Positions 24,513 through 38,089 are shown, counted from the stretch's first letter. The stretch: DNA of 64,000 nt from Octopus sinensis (GCF_006345805.1 NC_043024.1:18972001-19036000), one strand, 5' to 3'. Notes: generated by a model from the letters alone, not told the origin. A program made the numbers and translations.

Positions 24513-25162
24513 GTCAATAAAATAAGTACCAACTGAACACTGGAATTGATGCTATTGGTGGCTGACATTCTTCTTGAAATTTCTGGCTTTGTGCCAAAAT
24601 TTGAAACCATGCTGGCAAAATTGTTATAGTGCCGGACAAAATGCTTAGCAACATTTCTTCTGATTTTACATTTTGAGTTCTGAGTTCAAATTGTGTTGGG
24701 GTCAACTTTGCCATCTGTCTACACCTGCTTAATTCCAGATCTGAAATTTTTTGCCAGTATAAACACATAGACAAGTTTCTTCTATTGAACTGGAGGGCAC
24801 CACCAGCTTCTGATTGAGTTGCTGTCTCTCAGACTTTGACATATTTTCTGTTACTTGATTGTGAACCAGTTGAATTTAATGTGTTTTCTGCAATCAGGAA
24901 AGGATGAGCATTTTAGTTTTCTTGATTTCATTTACATTTTTCATTCCCTGCTTGCATTTTTCACATTTTTTTCTTATTTTCTTAATGTTCAGCATCCCTA
25001 TTTATAAAATATCATATGCATAAAGAGAACCTGAAAGATTGCTTGACTATACATGGCATATCTTATAAATATTTAAAGTACCATAAAATTATGAAACTAT
25101 TAATAGCTATTTCAGTTATGTATTTAATTGATATATGTGTGTGTGTGTATAAATATATATAT

Positions 25163-25585
25163 ACTCTTACTCTGTACTCTTTTACTTATTTCAGTCATTT
25201 TGACTGCGGCCATGCTGGAGCATCGCCTTTAGTCGAGCAACTCGACCCTGGGACTTATTCTTTTGTAAGCCCAGTACTTAATCTATCGGTCTCTTTTGCC
25301 GAACCACTAAGTAACGGGGACATAAACACACCAGCATCGGTTGTCAAACAATGCTAGGGGAACAAACACAGACACACAAACATATACACACACACTTATA
25401 TATATATATATACATATATACGACAGGATTCTTTCAGTTTCCGTCTACCAAATCCACTCACAAGGCTTTGGTCAGCCCGAGGCTATAGTAGAAGAAACTT
25501 GCCCAAGGTGCCACGCAGTGGGACTGAACCTGGAACCATGTTGTTGGTAAACAAGCTACTTACCACACAGCCACTCCTGCGCCTA
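25163..25585 (-). mobile_element. SINE A full length
   Basis: Matches family A consensus. Confidence 0.9.
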
Positions 25586-25780
25586 TATATATATATATAT
25601 ATATTATTGTTATTGATTATTTTTTTTCATGGCCGGATAACTGAAGAGATGGCAGCGTGGATTTCCACCTTGACATCTGAAACTCGGAGTTTTATCATGG
25701 CTACCAAATAATTGTCACATATTACATTTACAGATACATATGTATATATATATATATATATATAAATATATACATATATA

Positions 25781-25947
25781 TAGTGAGAATTTACAAAAAT
25801 AAACAGTTTATTTCTGTGTTCCTTTCTGTCGAAGAGCGTAGGCTCAAAATATAAAAGACTTTCTCACTCCCAATGTTAAACTAATACATCTGTTTGTTGT
25901 TTACACACCTGTCTTCGTCTTTTGTTTTATTTTGTAAATTCTCACTA
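25781..25947 (+). mobile_element. Family H2 mini-element with inverted terminal copy and decayed HHR (25822-25857)
   Basis: tagtgagaatttacaaaa at the start is the reverse complement of the end; CTTT-CTGTCGA-A-GAGC-GTAG-GCTC-AAAA-TAT-A-AAAG; (TA)n on both sides. Confidence 0.65.
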
Positions 25948-25955
25948 TATATATG

Positions 25956-25989
<34 letters not shown>

Positions 25990-26038
25990 TGGAGTTTAAC
26001 GCAAGTATAGATCAAATACTTTTACTTTCGACATATGT

Positions 26039-26951
26039 TTATCACAAAGAAAATTAATTTGTATTTCAGGTAAATGAAAATTATTAACAAACGTCGTTTC
26101 TCATATTTGATGATTATCGTATCTGGCCTAAAAAAGTTGATGTGGGCGACAAAATTCTATGAGATGCCATTTCTCGTTTGTCTATGATGTCAACCTTTAA
26201 AAACAAGGAGTTACAACCTGTTTACTTGTGTGATTCTTTGCTACTCTAGTAACTATTTCTCTATTTTTTCCATGTTAATTGTTAACAAGGGAAAAATACA
26301 TTCATCTATTTATATATATATATATATGACAAATGACCAAGCCTCCTTGCTGCACTGAAAAAGACTGATCCATTACAGCAGAATTGATACCAGTGCTGGT
26401 GCCACATAAAATGTGTCTACTTCACACTGTCGAGTGATTGGCATTAGGAACAGCATAAGGTGTAGGAACTATAACAGAACAGACAATAGAATAATGCAGC
26501 CCCTGGCATTAGCAGCTCCAATCAAACTGTCCAACACATGCCAGCATGGAAAACAGACATTAAATGGTGATGATGATGATGATGATGTGAGGCTTCTTTT
26601 AGTTTCCATTTTTCCACATCTGCTCACAAAACTTCGATCAGCTGAGAATTGTGGCTGAAGACACTTGTTCAAGGTGTCATACAGTGGAACGGAACCGAAG
26701 ACTTTGTGGTTGAGAAGCAAACATCTTGCCACACAGCCACACCTGCTTCTTTCTTTTTCTTTTTACTTATTTCAGTTATTTTTATTGAGGCCATGCTTGA
26801 GCACCACTTTTAATTGAACAAATCAACCCCAGGACTTATTCTAGTACTTATTCTATCAGTCTCTTTTGCTGAACCGCTAAGTTTCAGAGACTTAAACGCA
26901 CCTGCATCAGTTATCAAACGATGTTGGGGGGACAAACACACACACACACAA

Positions 26952-27002
<51 letters not shown>

Positions 27003-27492
27003 CACACATATAAGGTGGGCTTCTTTCAGTTTCCATCTACCGAATCCACTGACAAGGCTTTAATCAGCCCAAGGCTATAGTAGAAGACTCTTGCCCAAGG
27101 TGCCACGCAGTGGGACTGAACCCGGAATCATGTGGTTGGTAAGCAAGCTACTTACCACACAGCCAGTCCTGCTTATGTAAGTTCCTAATAAAATATATTT
27201 CCATTATTTGTCACCTAACTCTGACCAGAAGTTAATTACATTAACTCGTTAAATAAATGCCTTTGTAGATTATCCTAGAGGCTACTTAACCTTGTGTGTT
27301 TTTATCGTCCACAAAGATAAATGCTTTCTGATTTTTATCACAAAGAAAATTAATTTGTATTTCACATAAATGAAAATTGTTAACGAACGTTGTTCTTCAC
27401 ATTTGATGATTATCGTATCTGGCTTAGAACAGTTGTCGTGGGCAACAAATTTCTATGAGATACCGTTTCCAGTTTGTCTGTGATGTCTACCT
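26039..27492. repeat. Unclassified ~160-bp repeat present twice (26039-26196 and 27334-27492)
   Basis: tttatcacaaagaaaattaatttgtatttc..tgatgattatcgtatctggc..tgatgtc(a/t)acct in both. Confidence 0.75.
26640..27172 (-). mobile_element. SINE A copy preceded by a second SINE A head
   Basis: Family A match at 26760-27172; additional head at 26640-26745. Confidence 0.8.
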
Positions 27493-27684
27493 ATGGAATT
27501 GCTAAATAAGCTACAAGAATATACTGCTGGCAATGTATATGCCAATGTTTTGGATTATTCAGTGGCAAAAAAAGATGACCGAAAATGAAAAGAAAAAATT
27601 TTTCTTTTTCAAAACCGACAAAAACACTGCCTCTAAAAGTCCCTCTCACTCCATGCCAGCATGGAAAAGAAGATTTGAAAATGA

Positions 27685-28280
27685 AATGATGATGATGATG
27701 ATGATGATGATAATGATGGAGTGTGATAATGATGTTGATAATGATGTTGATGTTGATGATGATGACAATGATGAGGATGATGATGATGGTGATGACAATG
27801 ATAATGGTGATGATGATGATAGTGATGATGATGGCAATGATAATGGTGATGATGATGATGACCATGATGACAATCATGATGAGGACAATGATTAGGTAGT
27901 GATGACGATGAAGATGATGATGATGATAACAGTGATAATAATGACAATGGTGATGATGATGATGATGATAGTGATGATGATGACAATGATAATGGTGATG
28001 ATGATGATGATAACGATAATGGTGATGATGATGATGATGACCATGATGACAATCATGATGGGGGCAATGATTAGGTGCTGGTGACGATGAAGATGATGAT
28101 GATAGTGATGAGTGTGACAATGATGACACCAGCTCTGATGAAATGATGATGATGATGATGATAACGACGAAAACGTCTACAATTACAAATATTATGCTGA
28201 TGGCAACAACAACAGCAATGATGAGGATGCTGACGATGACAACATCGAGTGCAAGGACAGCGATGATGACAAGGAAGAAA
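27685..28280. repeat. Degenerate (GAT)n-rich repeat with a ~180-bp internal duplication
   Basis: catgatgacaatcatgatg..caatgattaggt occurs at ~27862 and ~28042. Confidence 0.85.
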
Positions 28281-28457
28281 AGAATGATGACAACAATTAC
28301 GACATTGACAGAAAGGATTTTAAAGATGGTGGTGGCGGTGGTGGCGGTAGTGGTGGTGTTCTGTGTGGGTGGTAGCGGAGCGACGGTGTGGGTGGTGGTG
28401 GTGGTGGTGGTAGAAGCAGGGGCAATGGCCGCCATGGCGATATTAACGATGCCAATG

Positions 28458-29350
28458 TATTGGGAAAAATGTCGACTTTGCCTTTCATCCTTTCGGTGTC
28501 GATTAAATAAGTACCAGTTGCGCACTGGGATTGATATAATCGACTTAATCCATTTGTCTGTCCTTGTTTGTCCTCTCTGTGTTTAGCCCCTTGTGAGTAG
28601 TAAAGAAATAGGTATTTCGTCTGCCGCTATGTTCTGAGTTCAAATTCCACCGACGTCGACTTTGCCTTTCATCCTTTTAGGGTCGATTAAATACGTACCA
28701 GTTACGCACTGGGGTCGATGTAACTGACTTAATCCGTTTGTCTGTCCTTGTTTGTCCCCTCTGTGTTTAGCCCCTTGTGGGTAGTAAAGAAATAGGTATT
28801 TCATTTACCGCTACGTTCTGAGTTCAAATTCCACCGAGGTTGACTTTGCCTTTCATCCTTTCGGGGTGGATTAAATAAGTACCAGTTACGCACTGGGGTC
28901 GGTGTAATCGACTTAATCCGTTTGTCTGTCCTTGTTTGTCCCCTCTGTGTTTAGCCCCTTGTGGGTAGTAAAGAAATAGGTATTTCATTTACCGCTACGT
29001 TCTGAGTTCAAATTCCACCGAGGTTGACTTTGCCTTTCATCCTTTCGGGGTGGATTAAATAAGTACCAGTTACGCACTGGGGTCGGTGTAATCGACTTAA
29101 TCCGTTTGTCTGTCCTTGTTTGTCCCCTCTCTGTGTTTAGCCCCTTGTGGGTAGTAAAGAAATAGGTATTTCATTTACCGCTACGTTCTGAGTTCAAATT
29201 CCACCGAGGTTGACTTTGCCTTTCATCCTTTCGGGGTGGATTAAATAAGTACTAGTTACGCACTGGGGTCGGTGTAATCGACTTAATCCGTTTGTCCGTC
29301 CTTGTTTGTCCCCTCTCTGTGTTTAGCCCCTTGTGGGTAGTAAAGAAGTA
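28458..29350 (+). mobile_element. SINE B tandem pentamer (184-186-bp units) bounded by a TSD-like repeat
   Basis: Junction ggtattt at 28611, 28795, 28979, 29165; flanks gatattaa(c/t)gat(g/a)ccaatg at 28439-28457 and 29351-29369. Confidence 0.9.
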
Positions 29351-29869
29351 GATATTAATGATACCAATGACAGCAATGACAACGAACACAATAAGAATTA
29401 CAAGAAAAGGAAACATGTTTTTATTACAACCTATAACTACTACTGCTACTACTACTACTACTACTACTACTACGACTACTACTACTGCTACTGTGCAGAC
29501 AAGTAAAATTTACCAAAACTTTTCTGGCTTTTGAAACCTTATAACGAACAGATACACAAAACTAAGTTATATTCAATATTTTTTTTTAGTTTCATGACAA
29601 AAAAAAACTATGCTGTAGAATGGTCGGTAAAACATGATAAAAATTAATGCTCTTACATACACCATCGTGATGGTGGTGGTGGTACTGGTGGTGGTGGTGG
29701 TGGTGGTGGTGAGGTATTGTTAATATACAGCAAGAAAAATAAAAAATATGAGCAGAATTTATGAATAAAAACTGCCAAACATTATGTTCTATGAGCAAGA
29801 AACATGAACGATATTGGAATGTTGTAAACTGTAAGGCAAAATAGTTTGGAATATCCATAAATATATATT

Positions 29870-29915
29870 GGTGAGTGTATATGTGTGTGTGTATATATAT
29901 ATATATATGTGTGTG

Positions 29916-30008
<93 letters not shown>

Positions 30009-30051
30009 TTATGTATGTATGTATGTATATATATGTATGTATGTATGTATG

Positions 30052-30085
<34 letters not shown>

Positions 30086-30087
30086 TG

Positions 30088-30123
<36 letters not shown>

Positions 30124-30125
30124 TG

Positions 30126-30157
<32 letters not shown>

Positions 30158-30334
30158 TGTGTGTGTGTGTGTATGTCTATATATATATACATACAGTAAA
30201 GGTTTATCTATAACTATATCTTTATCTATTTATGTGTCTGTCTGTCTATCTATCTCTCTATCTCTACCTCTCTTTCTCTCTCTATCTATCTCTCTCTCTT
30301 TCTCTTACTCTCTCTTTCTCAATCTCTCTCTCTC

Positions 30335-30371
<37 letters not shown>

Positions 30372-30375
30372 ATGG
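29870..30375. repeat. Compound (TA)/(TATG)/(TC)/(TG) microsatellites
   Basis: Direct inspection. Confidence 0.95.
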
Positions 30376-30479
30376 GCACAGTCTAATGACGGAAACAAGT
30401 AAAGAAATTAAAGAATAAAAGAATGTGTGTGTGTGTGTGTTGATGCATTTTGTGTGTATGTTTGTAATATATTTTTTTT

Positions 30480-30792
30480 TACTCTTTTTACTTGTTTCAG
30501 TCATTTGACTGTGGCCATGTTGGAGCACCACCTTTAGTCGAGCAAATCGACCCCAGGACTTATTCTTTGTAAGTCTATTACTTATTCTATCAGCCTCTTT
30601 TGCCAAACTGCTAAGTTACGGGGGACGTAAACACACCAGCATCGGTTGTCAAGCAATGCTAGGGGGAACAAACACACACACAAACATACACACACACACA
30701 CACACACACGTATATACATATATATATATATATATACATACACACACATATATTTTCATACATGCATACATACACACACTCACACACACACA

Positions 30793-30830
<38 letters not shown>

Positions 30831-31005
30831 GCATATAAACAATGGGCTTCTTTCAGTTTCCGTCTACCAAATCCACTCACAAGGCTTTGGTCAGCCCGAA
30901 GATATAGCAGAAGACACTTGCCCAAGATGCTACGCAGTGGGACTGAACCCGGAACCATGTGGTTGGTAAACAAGCTATTTATCACACAGTCACTCCTACG
31001 CCTAT
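30480..31005 (-). mobile_element. SINE A with expanded internal microsatellite
   Basis: Family A match; central CA/TA tract of about 150 bp. Confidence 0.9.
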
Positions 31006-31244
31006 GTGTGAAGCTATATTTCAACTTGGTATATAATCAACTGCATTCTGTGTTCACAGCATTATTTAAGAGAGACAGATAAAATTGTTGAGTTTAGCAT
31101 GCGACAGCTTTGTATGTTTGTGAAGAGATAACAGATAAGCAGGCTGGTAGATATATGAGTAAATAGATGGAAAGACAGACACATAGGCAGGTAGATAGGG
31201 AATAAACTAGGATTGGCATGTGTATGTATAAATATGAATATAGA

Positions 31245-31264
31245 TATGAGTATATATATATATC

Positions 31265-31311
<47 letters not shown>

Positions 31312-31461
31312 GTACATACATTCATACATACATACATACATACATTTGTTTGTGTGTCTGTATGTGTGTGCGCATGTCTACACACTCATATGCAAGTGTC
31401 CAATAAATGTTCACACACACACACATACACATCCATGCACAAATAGATATATGTGCATATA

Positions 31462-31492
<31 letters not shown>

Positions 31493-31930
31493 GCATATAT
31501 ATACACACACACATATATATATATATATATATTATACATACATATATACACATACATATATATAAATATATATGTATATATATATATATATATAAATATA
31601 TATATATATTTATATATATAAATATACATATATACATACATTTATATATGTGTATATATATATATGTATATATATAAATAAATGTATATATATGTGTCTG
31701 TGTATATATGTATATATGTATATTTATATATGTATGTATGTATAGTGTGTATATATACACACATAGTGTATATATATATATACATATATATATACATATA
31801 TATATATATAAAGAACATATATATATAATATATATATATACATATATACATATATACATATACACATACACACGCATATACATATATACATAATATACAC
31901 ATACATACACACACGCATGCATGTACACAC
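31245..31930. repeat. Compound (TA)/(CATA)/(CA) microsatellites
   Basis: Direct inspection. Confidence 0.95.
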
Positions 31931-32139
31931 ACGCCTTCCACTCTTTCACTGCATGGAAAAGTAACTCAGACTCTTCATCTCACTCAACGTTCAAAACGCA
32001 GATTGATTAAAGTAACCTCATTATCGTTTGTTCTTTTTAATGATAATGAATAATTCTCAAAGATGAAAAAAAAAAAAAACTCAGGTAAAAAAAAAATAAA
32101 ATAAAATAAACCACCTCGTTTATTTCTGTTAAATTTTGC

Positions 32140-32345
32140 TCATAAACTCTGACGTCAATATCAGATAACTTGCTAATTATTTAGAAAATTCCTTTTTACA
32201 TCTATTTAATAAAGTTATGTATATTAGTTAACGAGGAATTAAGGTGATGTAGCAATGTATTAATGGGAGATGATTCTAAAGGATCGGCATAGTGTTAAGA
32301 TATGCAAATACATCTATATATTTCGTTGCCATGACAACAGAGTCT
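32140..32345. promoter_or_regulatory. Candidate cis-regulatory island (CRE, octamer and RFX X-box-like motifs)
   Basis: TGACGTCA at 32150-32157, ATGCAAAT at 32302-32309, GTTGCCATGACAAC at 32325-32338, in non-repetitive sequence. Confidence 0.35.
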
Positions 32346-32689
32346 TCCTGTGCATGCTTAGGTATTCATCTTTACCTTAATATTAGTAATTATCATTTCA
32401 ATTTCTTCGCATCCACTTTTGGATATTTGCAGAGTCTGGATAGAGCTCATGAAGCAGATGTTCTGCAGCTGGATGCTTTTCCTGTCACAAACCCTCATTG
32501 GTTTTAAGCAACGTAATAGTTTCTGTTTTGCATGGTTTGTTTCCATGAAATAAAACAAAGAACCCCACGTGGTGTGATGGTATTGCTCACTTGCAGCTAT
32601 CATGCTCCATCAACAGAAATGGAAACATCCACCATATACATACATCCATATACATCCACCATATACATACATTATGTGTTATATAAATC

Positions 32690-32880
32690 ATCACGCTCAG
32701 GGTTGCTGAAGCGTGGAATAAACTGCCTGCATCAGTTGTTGACTGCCATGACACTGCATCCTTTAAGGCCCTCATGCTTCCCGAAATCCGTCGAAACTAC
32801 ACCTGATTATATATACACTTTAGATGAGTTGTAGTGCACCTGAGCACTGTACACAATTATTATTATTATTATTATTATTA
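32690..32880 (+). mobile_element. CR1 LINE 3' end
   Basis: TLRVAEAWNKLPASVVDCHDTASFKALM..* matches the CR1 C-terminal RVxxxWNxLP..F motif; (TTA)n tail. Confidence 0.8.
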
Positions 32881-32884
32881 TCAT

Positions 32885-33085
32885 CATCATCATCATTTAA
32901 CGATCGTTTTCCCTGCTGGCATGGGTTGGACGATTTTGACTGAGGATTGGCGAACCAGATGGCTGCACCAGGCTCCAATCTTGATCTGGCAGAGTTTCTA
33001 CAGGTGGATGCTCTTCCTGACGCCAACCACTCCGAGAGTGTAGTGGGTGCTTTTTACGTGCCACCGACACGGGCATCAGTCAGGC
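32885..33085 (-). mobile_element. Family C (RTE-type tail) copy
   Basis: ctggcagagtttctacaggtggatgc..gccaaccactccgagagtgtagtgggtgc with a (CAT)n tail at left. Confidence 0.8.
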
Positions 33086-33127
33086 GGTACTGAATATATA
33101 TGAATATATATATACATATAAAACAAT

Positions 33128-33455
33128 AAGACGGGTTGCCCCTGGGAGCTCCTCTATGCTGATGACCTGGCCCTCATAGCAGAATCCTTACCGGAACTAG
33201 AAAAGAAATTTTGGGTGTGGAAGCAAGGTTTAAAATCAAAGGGCCTTAGAGTAAATGTAGCAAAGACCAAAGTTATAGTAAGCAGAAAGGTGAACTCATC
33301 ACACACACCTTCGGGCAGGTGGCCCTACTCGACCTGTAGGAAAGGTGTAGGTAGAAACTCCATAAGATGTACCCGGTGTAAGCTATGGAGGCATAAGAGG
33401 TGCAGCAACATCAAAGGGAAATTAACTGATAAGATAGCTTTCATGCGCAGAAAAT
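33128..33455 (+). pseudogene. RTE/RTE-X reverse transcriptase fragment with a PHD-like Cys/His insert
   Basis: Open frame KTGCPWELLYADDLALIAESL..WKQGLKSKGLRVNVAKTKVIVS then YSTCRKGVGRNSIRCTRCKLWRHKRC..FMRRKC. Confidence 0.85.
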
Positions 33456-33477
33456 GCACAGATATATATATATTCTC

Positions 33478-33870
33478 TTTCTCTTTTCTCTTTTACTTGT
33501 TTCAGTCATTTGACTGCGGCCATGCTGGAGCACCGCCTTTAGTCGAGCAAATCAATCCCGGTACTTATTCTTTGTAAGCCCAGTACTTATTCTATCGGTC
33601 TCTTTTGCCGAACCGCTAAGTGATGGGGATGTAAACACACAAGCATCGGTTGTCAAGCAATGCTAGGGGGATAAACACAGACACACAAACATACATATAT
33701 ATATATACATATATACGACGGGCTTCTTTCAGTTTCCGTCTACCAAATCCACTCACAAGGCTTGGTTGGTTCGAGGCTATAATAGAAGACACTTGGCAAG
33801 GTGCCACGCAGTGGGACTGAACCCGAACCATGTGGTTGGTTAGCAAGCTACTTACCACACAGCCACTCCT
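33478..33870 (-). mobile_element. SINE A full length
   Basis: Matches family A consensus. Confidence 0.9.
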
Positions 33871-33890
33871 ATATAAATATATATATATAT

Positions 33891-33925
<35 letters not shown>

Positions 33926-33947
33926 ATATATTTATTTATATATATAT

Positions 33948-34010
<63 letters not shown>

Positions 34011-34469
34011 CATATATATAGAGTTCATACACTTTTGGTTTCCCGTATGTAAGTATATATTATCTGAATTCTGTATGACTCTTTTACTCTTTCTTTTCGC
34101 CCTCTTCATATCTACTTCCTTCTTTCCACTTTTCTTTTTCTTGCTCCACCTCTCTCACATTTCTTGGCCTTCCCTTCATTCTCATCACTTCTCCTCCACC
34201 TTTACCTCACTCTGTCCCTTCCTTTTTCTCTCTCTTTCTCGTCCCTTCCTAATTCTTCAACCCCTCTAACCCTACCTCTTTCCTCTCCTCCCATATGACC
34301 GGTATTCCGCCAAGCCTGACCATTCTTTCTTGGTTCGACCACCATCCGTGTAGCATCGCTTATACTCCTTCCCATGACTTTCATCTGTTATGTTCCTGCC
34401 ATAAAGCTTCACTTCCACACATGCGAGCTTAACTTAATTCGTCCTTAGTCAAAAGACACCTGTTGTTAA

Positions 34470-34893
34470 TGTCCTGTTGTTTGTATTTGTAATTATGTAC
34501 CATTTCTCCATTTTTTCCATCCTTGTTTTTGTATACATTCGTTTTCTTTCTTCCAAAGAATCTAATTCTCTTAGCTTAGATTTTCTTGGGGCCAGCCAGA
34601 TTGGAGTGGTCTTGAGTGTAACTGGCCAAAACTGCAACAACGATCTGGTACTAGACTGACAAACCATAATTATATCCATGGGGCAGCTGATGATGGAGGT
34701 ATGTTGGAGTGTTGGTATAGCTGTTTTTGAATATGTGGGGTAGTATTGTGGTAAGTAGCTTGCTAACCAGCCACATGGTTCTGGGTTCAGTCCCACTGCG
34801 TGGCATCTTGGGCAAGTGTCTTCTGCTATAGCCCAGGGCCGACCAATGCCTTGTGAGTGGATTTGGTAGACGTAAACTGAAAGAAGCCTGTCG

Positions 34894-34934
<41 letters not shown>

Positions 34935-36180
34935 GTGTGTGTATGTGTTTGTGTGTCTGTGTTTGTCCCCCTAGCATTGCTTGACAACCGATGCTGGTGT
35001 GTTTACGTCCCCGTCACTTAGCGGTTCGGCAAAAGAGATCGATAGAATAAGTACTGGGCTTACAAAGAATAAGTCCCGGGGTCGATTTGCTCGACTAAAG
35101 GCGGTGATCCAGCATGGCCGCAGTCAGATGACTGAAACATGTAAAAGAGTAATATATACATATGAGAGGGATAACCACTATGTGGACACCCTTACGCTAG
35201 AAGTAGATCCGCTATGGTCTTACCACTAAGAAATGTTCTCAGGAAAAATTCAGCAAAACAACCAAAACGTAATCGAGCAAGATAAAAGAAAATCAATAAA
35301 ATTATGGATTATTCACATACATGTTTCACTATTACTATATTACGTAATTTTACTTACTTAAGATGTCTGTAGATCTTCAGTGTGACTGTCCAAATGAATA
35401 TAATTTGTAGAACTGTATACTAGGGCGTCTGCACAAGGTCAGATTTGTAAACAGTTCTACCCATTACACTCATGGTTACTATTCAAATGTCCTCATTTTG
35501 GCATGCTAAATTACCGGAAAAAATGATACTGCAGAAGGCAACAGTCCTTCCCGCAAATTAAATAAAATTTGGAATTTTTTGCGGAGAGTGACAGTGGTAA
35601 CAAAAATAAGACACTGAGAACATAACAGTAAAAACAAATGGTGAGGGCTGTTGAGCCAAGACAACAGAAAAATTATTATGAATGCTAGGAGACGAGTTTA
35701 TGAGAAGAGATAGGTATAAGCACGTTTTGTCTTTACGAAGGTAGTGGGCAGAAAGATAGATTCTCTTTTGTCACGTGTCAGCGACGAGAGAGTCAAGGGG
35801 GAGGAGGAGTGAGAGGGAGGGAATGGTGAAGAGGAGAGGAGAAGAATAGGGATGGGTGGGAGAGAAAACCAGAAAGAATGAAGAACAAAAGAGGGAGAGA
35901 GATATACAGAGATTATCCTGTTTTAACCGTTACTGTTTTCAATTTTGTTTTCGTTTCTTTTATTTATATTCGTCTCTGTTGCGTTTACATTCTTTCCTTC
36001 TACCAAGAAATCTAATGCCCACAGCTTAGTTTTTTCCTTGGGGCTGGCCGAGTTGGAGCAAATCTCAGAATTAAACAGCCAAAATTTGCCGTGATGATTC
36101 GGTTTCTGACTGAAGATTGAAGGCTTCGAATGACTTGTCTGTTTTCCGTGTTCGTCCCTTCGTGTATTTCACGTTCTTTA
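34470..36180 (+). repeat. Unclassified repeat, two diverged copies (34470-34660 and 35930-36180)
   Basis: Shared ttctt(t/c)c(t/c)t..ccaa(a)gaa(a)tctaat..agctta..ttt(c)cttgggg(c)..gcc..(a/g)ttggag. Confidence 0.5.
34742..35150 (+). mobile_element. SINE A near full length
   Basis: Matches family A consensus. Confidence 0.9.
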
Positions 36181-36237
36181 CATATAAATTTTTATTCCTA
36201 TATATATATATATATAGCATGTATATATACTATATAT

Positions 36238-36296
<59 letters not shown>

Positions 36297-36907
36297 CTCT
36301 TGTAGTAAATACTGCATTATTTTGTGTATTAACACAACATCCACTTTTAAGGAGGAGATAAATGTTACCTTTTGGTGTTGATACTGCTTCTGTCGCTATT
36401 AATTATACATACACACATATATATATATACATACATATCTATCTATCTACACACACACACACACAAAAGAAAAATGTTCATGTGAGCATTCATGTTTGTA
36501 TATTTTTGATTATGGAACAACATAATTTACGGTGTGAATAGAGTGCTCAATTAGCAATTAAGAAGGCCATTATATTTTACAACCATATGTAAAATAGAGA
36601 TCACATATAATTCAAGATAAAAAGGAAACGGTCTCAGTTTTTGGTAATTATAAGGAAGCAAAATTAAACATATTATCTACATTGTTATTAGTATTTTCTG
36701 ATAAGGTGTCTTTTTTTTTTGTTTTTGCTTTTTTGCTTAGCTGTATTGTTGAAGTATACAAAGGTAAGTTATGCAAATGATAATTCAAATTATTTAAATT
36801 AAGGTAAGAAAAATATATCAAGGAAAGTTGATATCGAATTTTTATTTTCCTTTTTTTTAATAGTGTGACATCATTGTTTGAATTTCTGAGATAGGAAATT
36901 GCTATTA

Positions 36908-36908
36908 C

Positions 36909-36972
<64 letters not shown>

Positions 36973-37003
36973 TTCATTATTATTATTATTATCATCATCA
37001 TCA

Positions 37004-37055
<52 letters not shown>

Positions 37056-37117
37056 CATCATCATTATTATTATTATTATTATCATTGTTATTATTATTAT
37101 TATTATTATTATCATCA

Positions 37118-37166
<49 letters not shown>

Positions 37167-37240
37167 CATCATCATTATTATTATTATTATCATTGTTATT
37201 ATTATTATTATTATCATCATTATTATTATTATTATTATCA

Positions 37241-37302
<62 letters not shown>
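36908..37302. repeat. (ATT)n/(ATC)n microsatellite
   Basis: Direct inspection; continues at 37808-38140 after the family E insertion. Confidence 0.95.
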
Positions 37303-37305
37303 GTC

Positions 37306-37807
37306 GAGTGAGAGAGCAGTGCATGCCATCAAAGTGACACTGGGGTGAAATACCCGTCTGATAAGGGTACACCAGGCACATGCATCACAACCATATGTGC
37401 GTGACATGGTGATCTCATATCAAGATAAACAGCGCATGACCTTGCGAGTGGGGCCCAGTTAGGATTTTCTTCTGGTTGAGTAACCCATCCCGCTCAAAAG
37501 GTCCCCCGATTGAGGGTTGTTTAAGGAGGTGAATTATTCAAACTGCAAAGAATCCCTCTCAACACATGGCTATGATGCTCCCCCACTGCTTCTGCTCATG
37601 ATCAGAGATGCACATATCGTCAGCCACTAAGGGACATGCTCAACTGGTTAAGGTCAAACAACTGACAAGCAAATCTGTGGTACTAAGCAGAAAATTTGCT
37701 GTAGCCCATCTTTTATACCAAGACAAAACAATGTACGTGATAACACTTCCAGTCAGTTAAGATCAGAAGCCATGAGAGCCACTGCCTGGTACTGCATCAG
37801 GGCATTT
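37306..37807 (-). mobile_element. Family E copy inserted in (ATT)n
   Basis: Reverse-complement homolog of 13125-13683. Confidence 0.85.
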
Positions 37808-37912
37808 ATTATTATTATTATTATTATTATCATTATTATTATTATTATTATTATCATCATCATTATTATTATTATCATTATCATTATTATTATTATCATC
37901 ATTATATTATTA

Positions 37913-37948
<36 letters not shown>

Positions 37949-38045
37949 TATCATCATTATTATATTATTGTTATCATTATTATTATTATTATATTATTAT
38001 TATTATTATTATCATCATCATCATTATTATTATCATTATTATTAG

Positions 38046-38089
<44 letters not shown>

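Noticed and set aside
27491-28525. 344-aa minus-strand ORF with His/Thr/Ile runs
   Set aside because: Runs from a SINE B body through degenerate trinucleotide repeats.
28458-29350. Regular array that might suggest CRISPR or an RNA gene cluster
   Set aside because: Units are complete SINE B bodies with no unique spacers.
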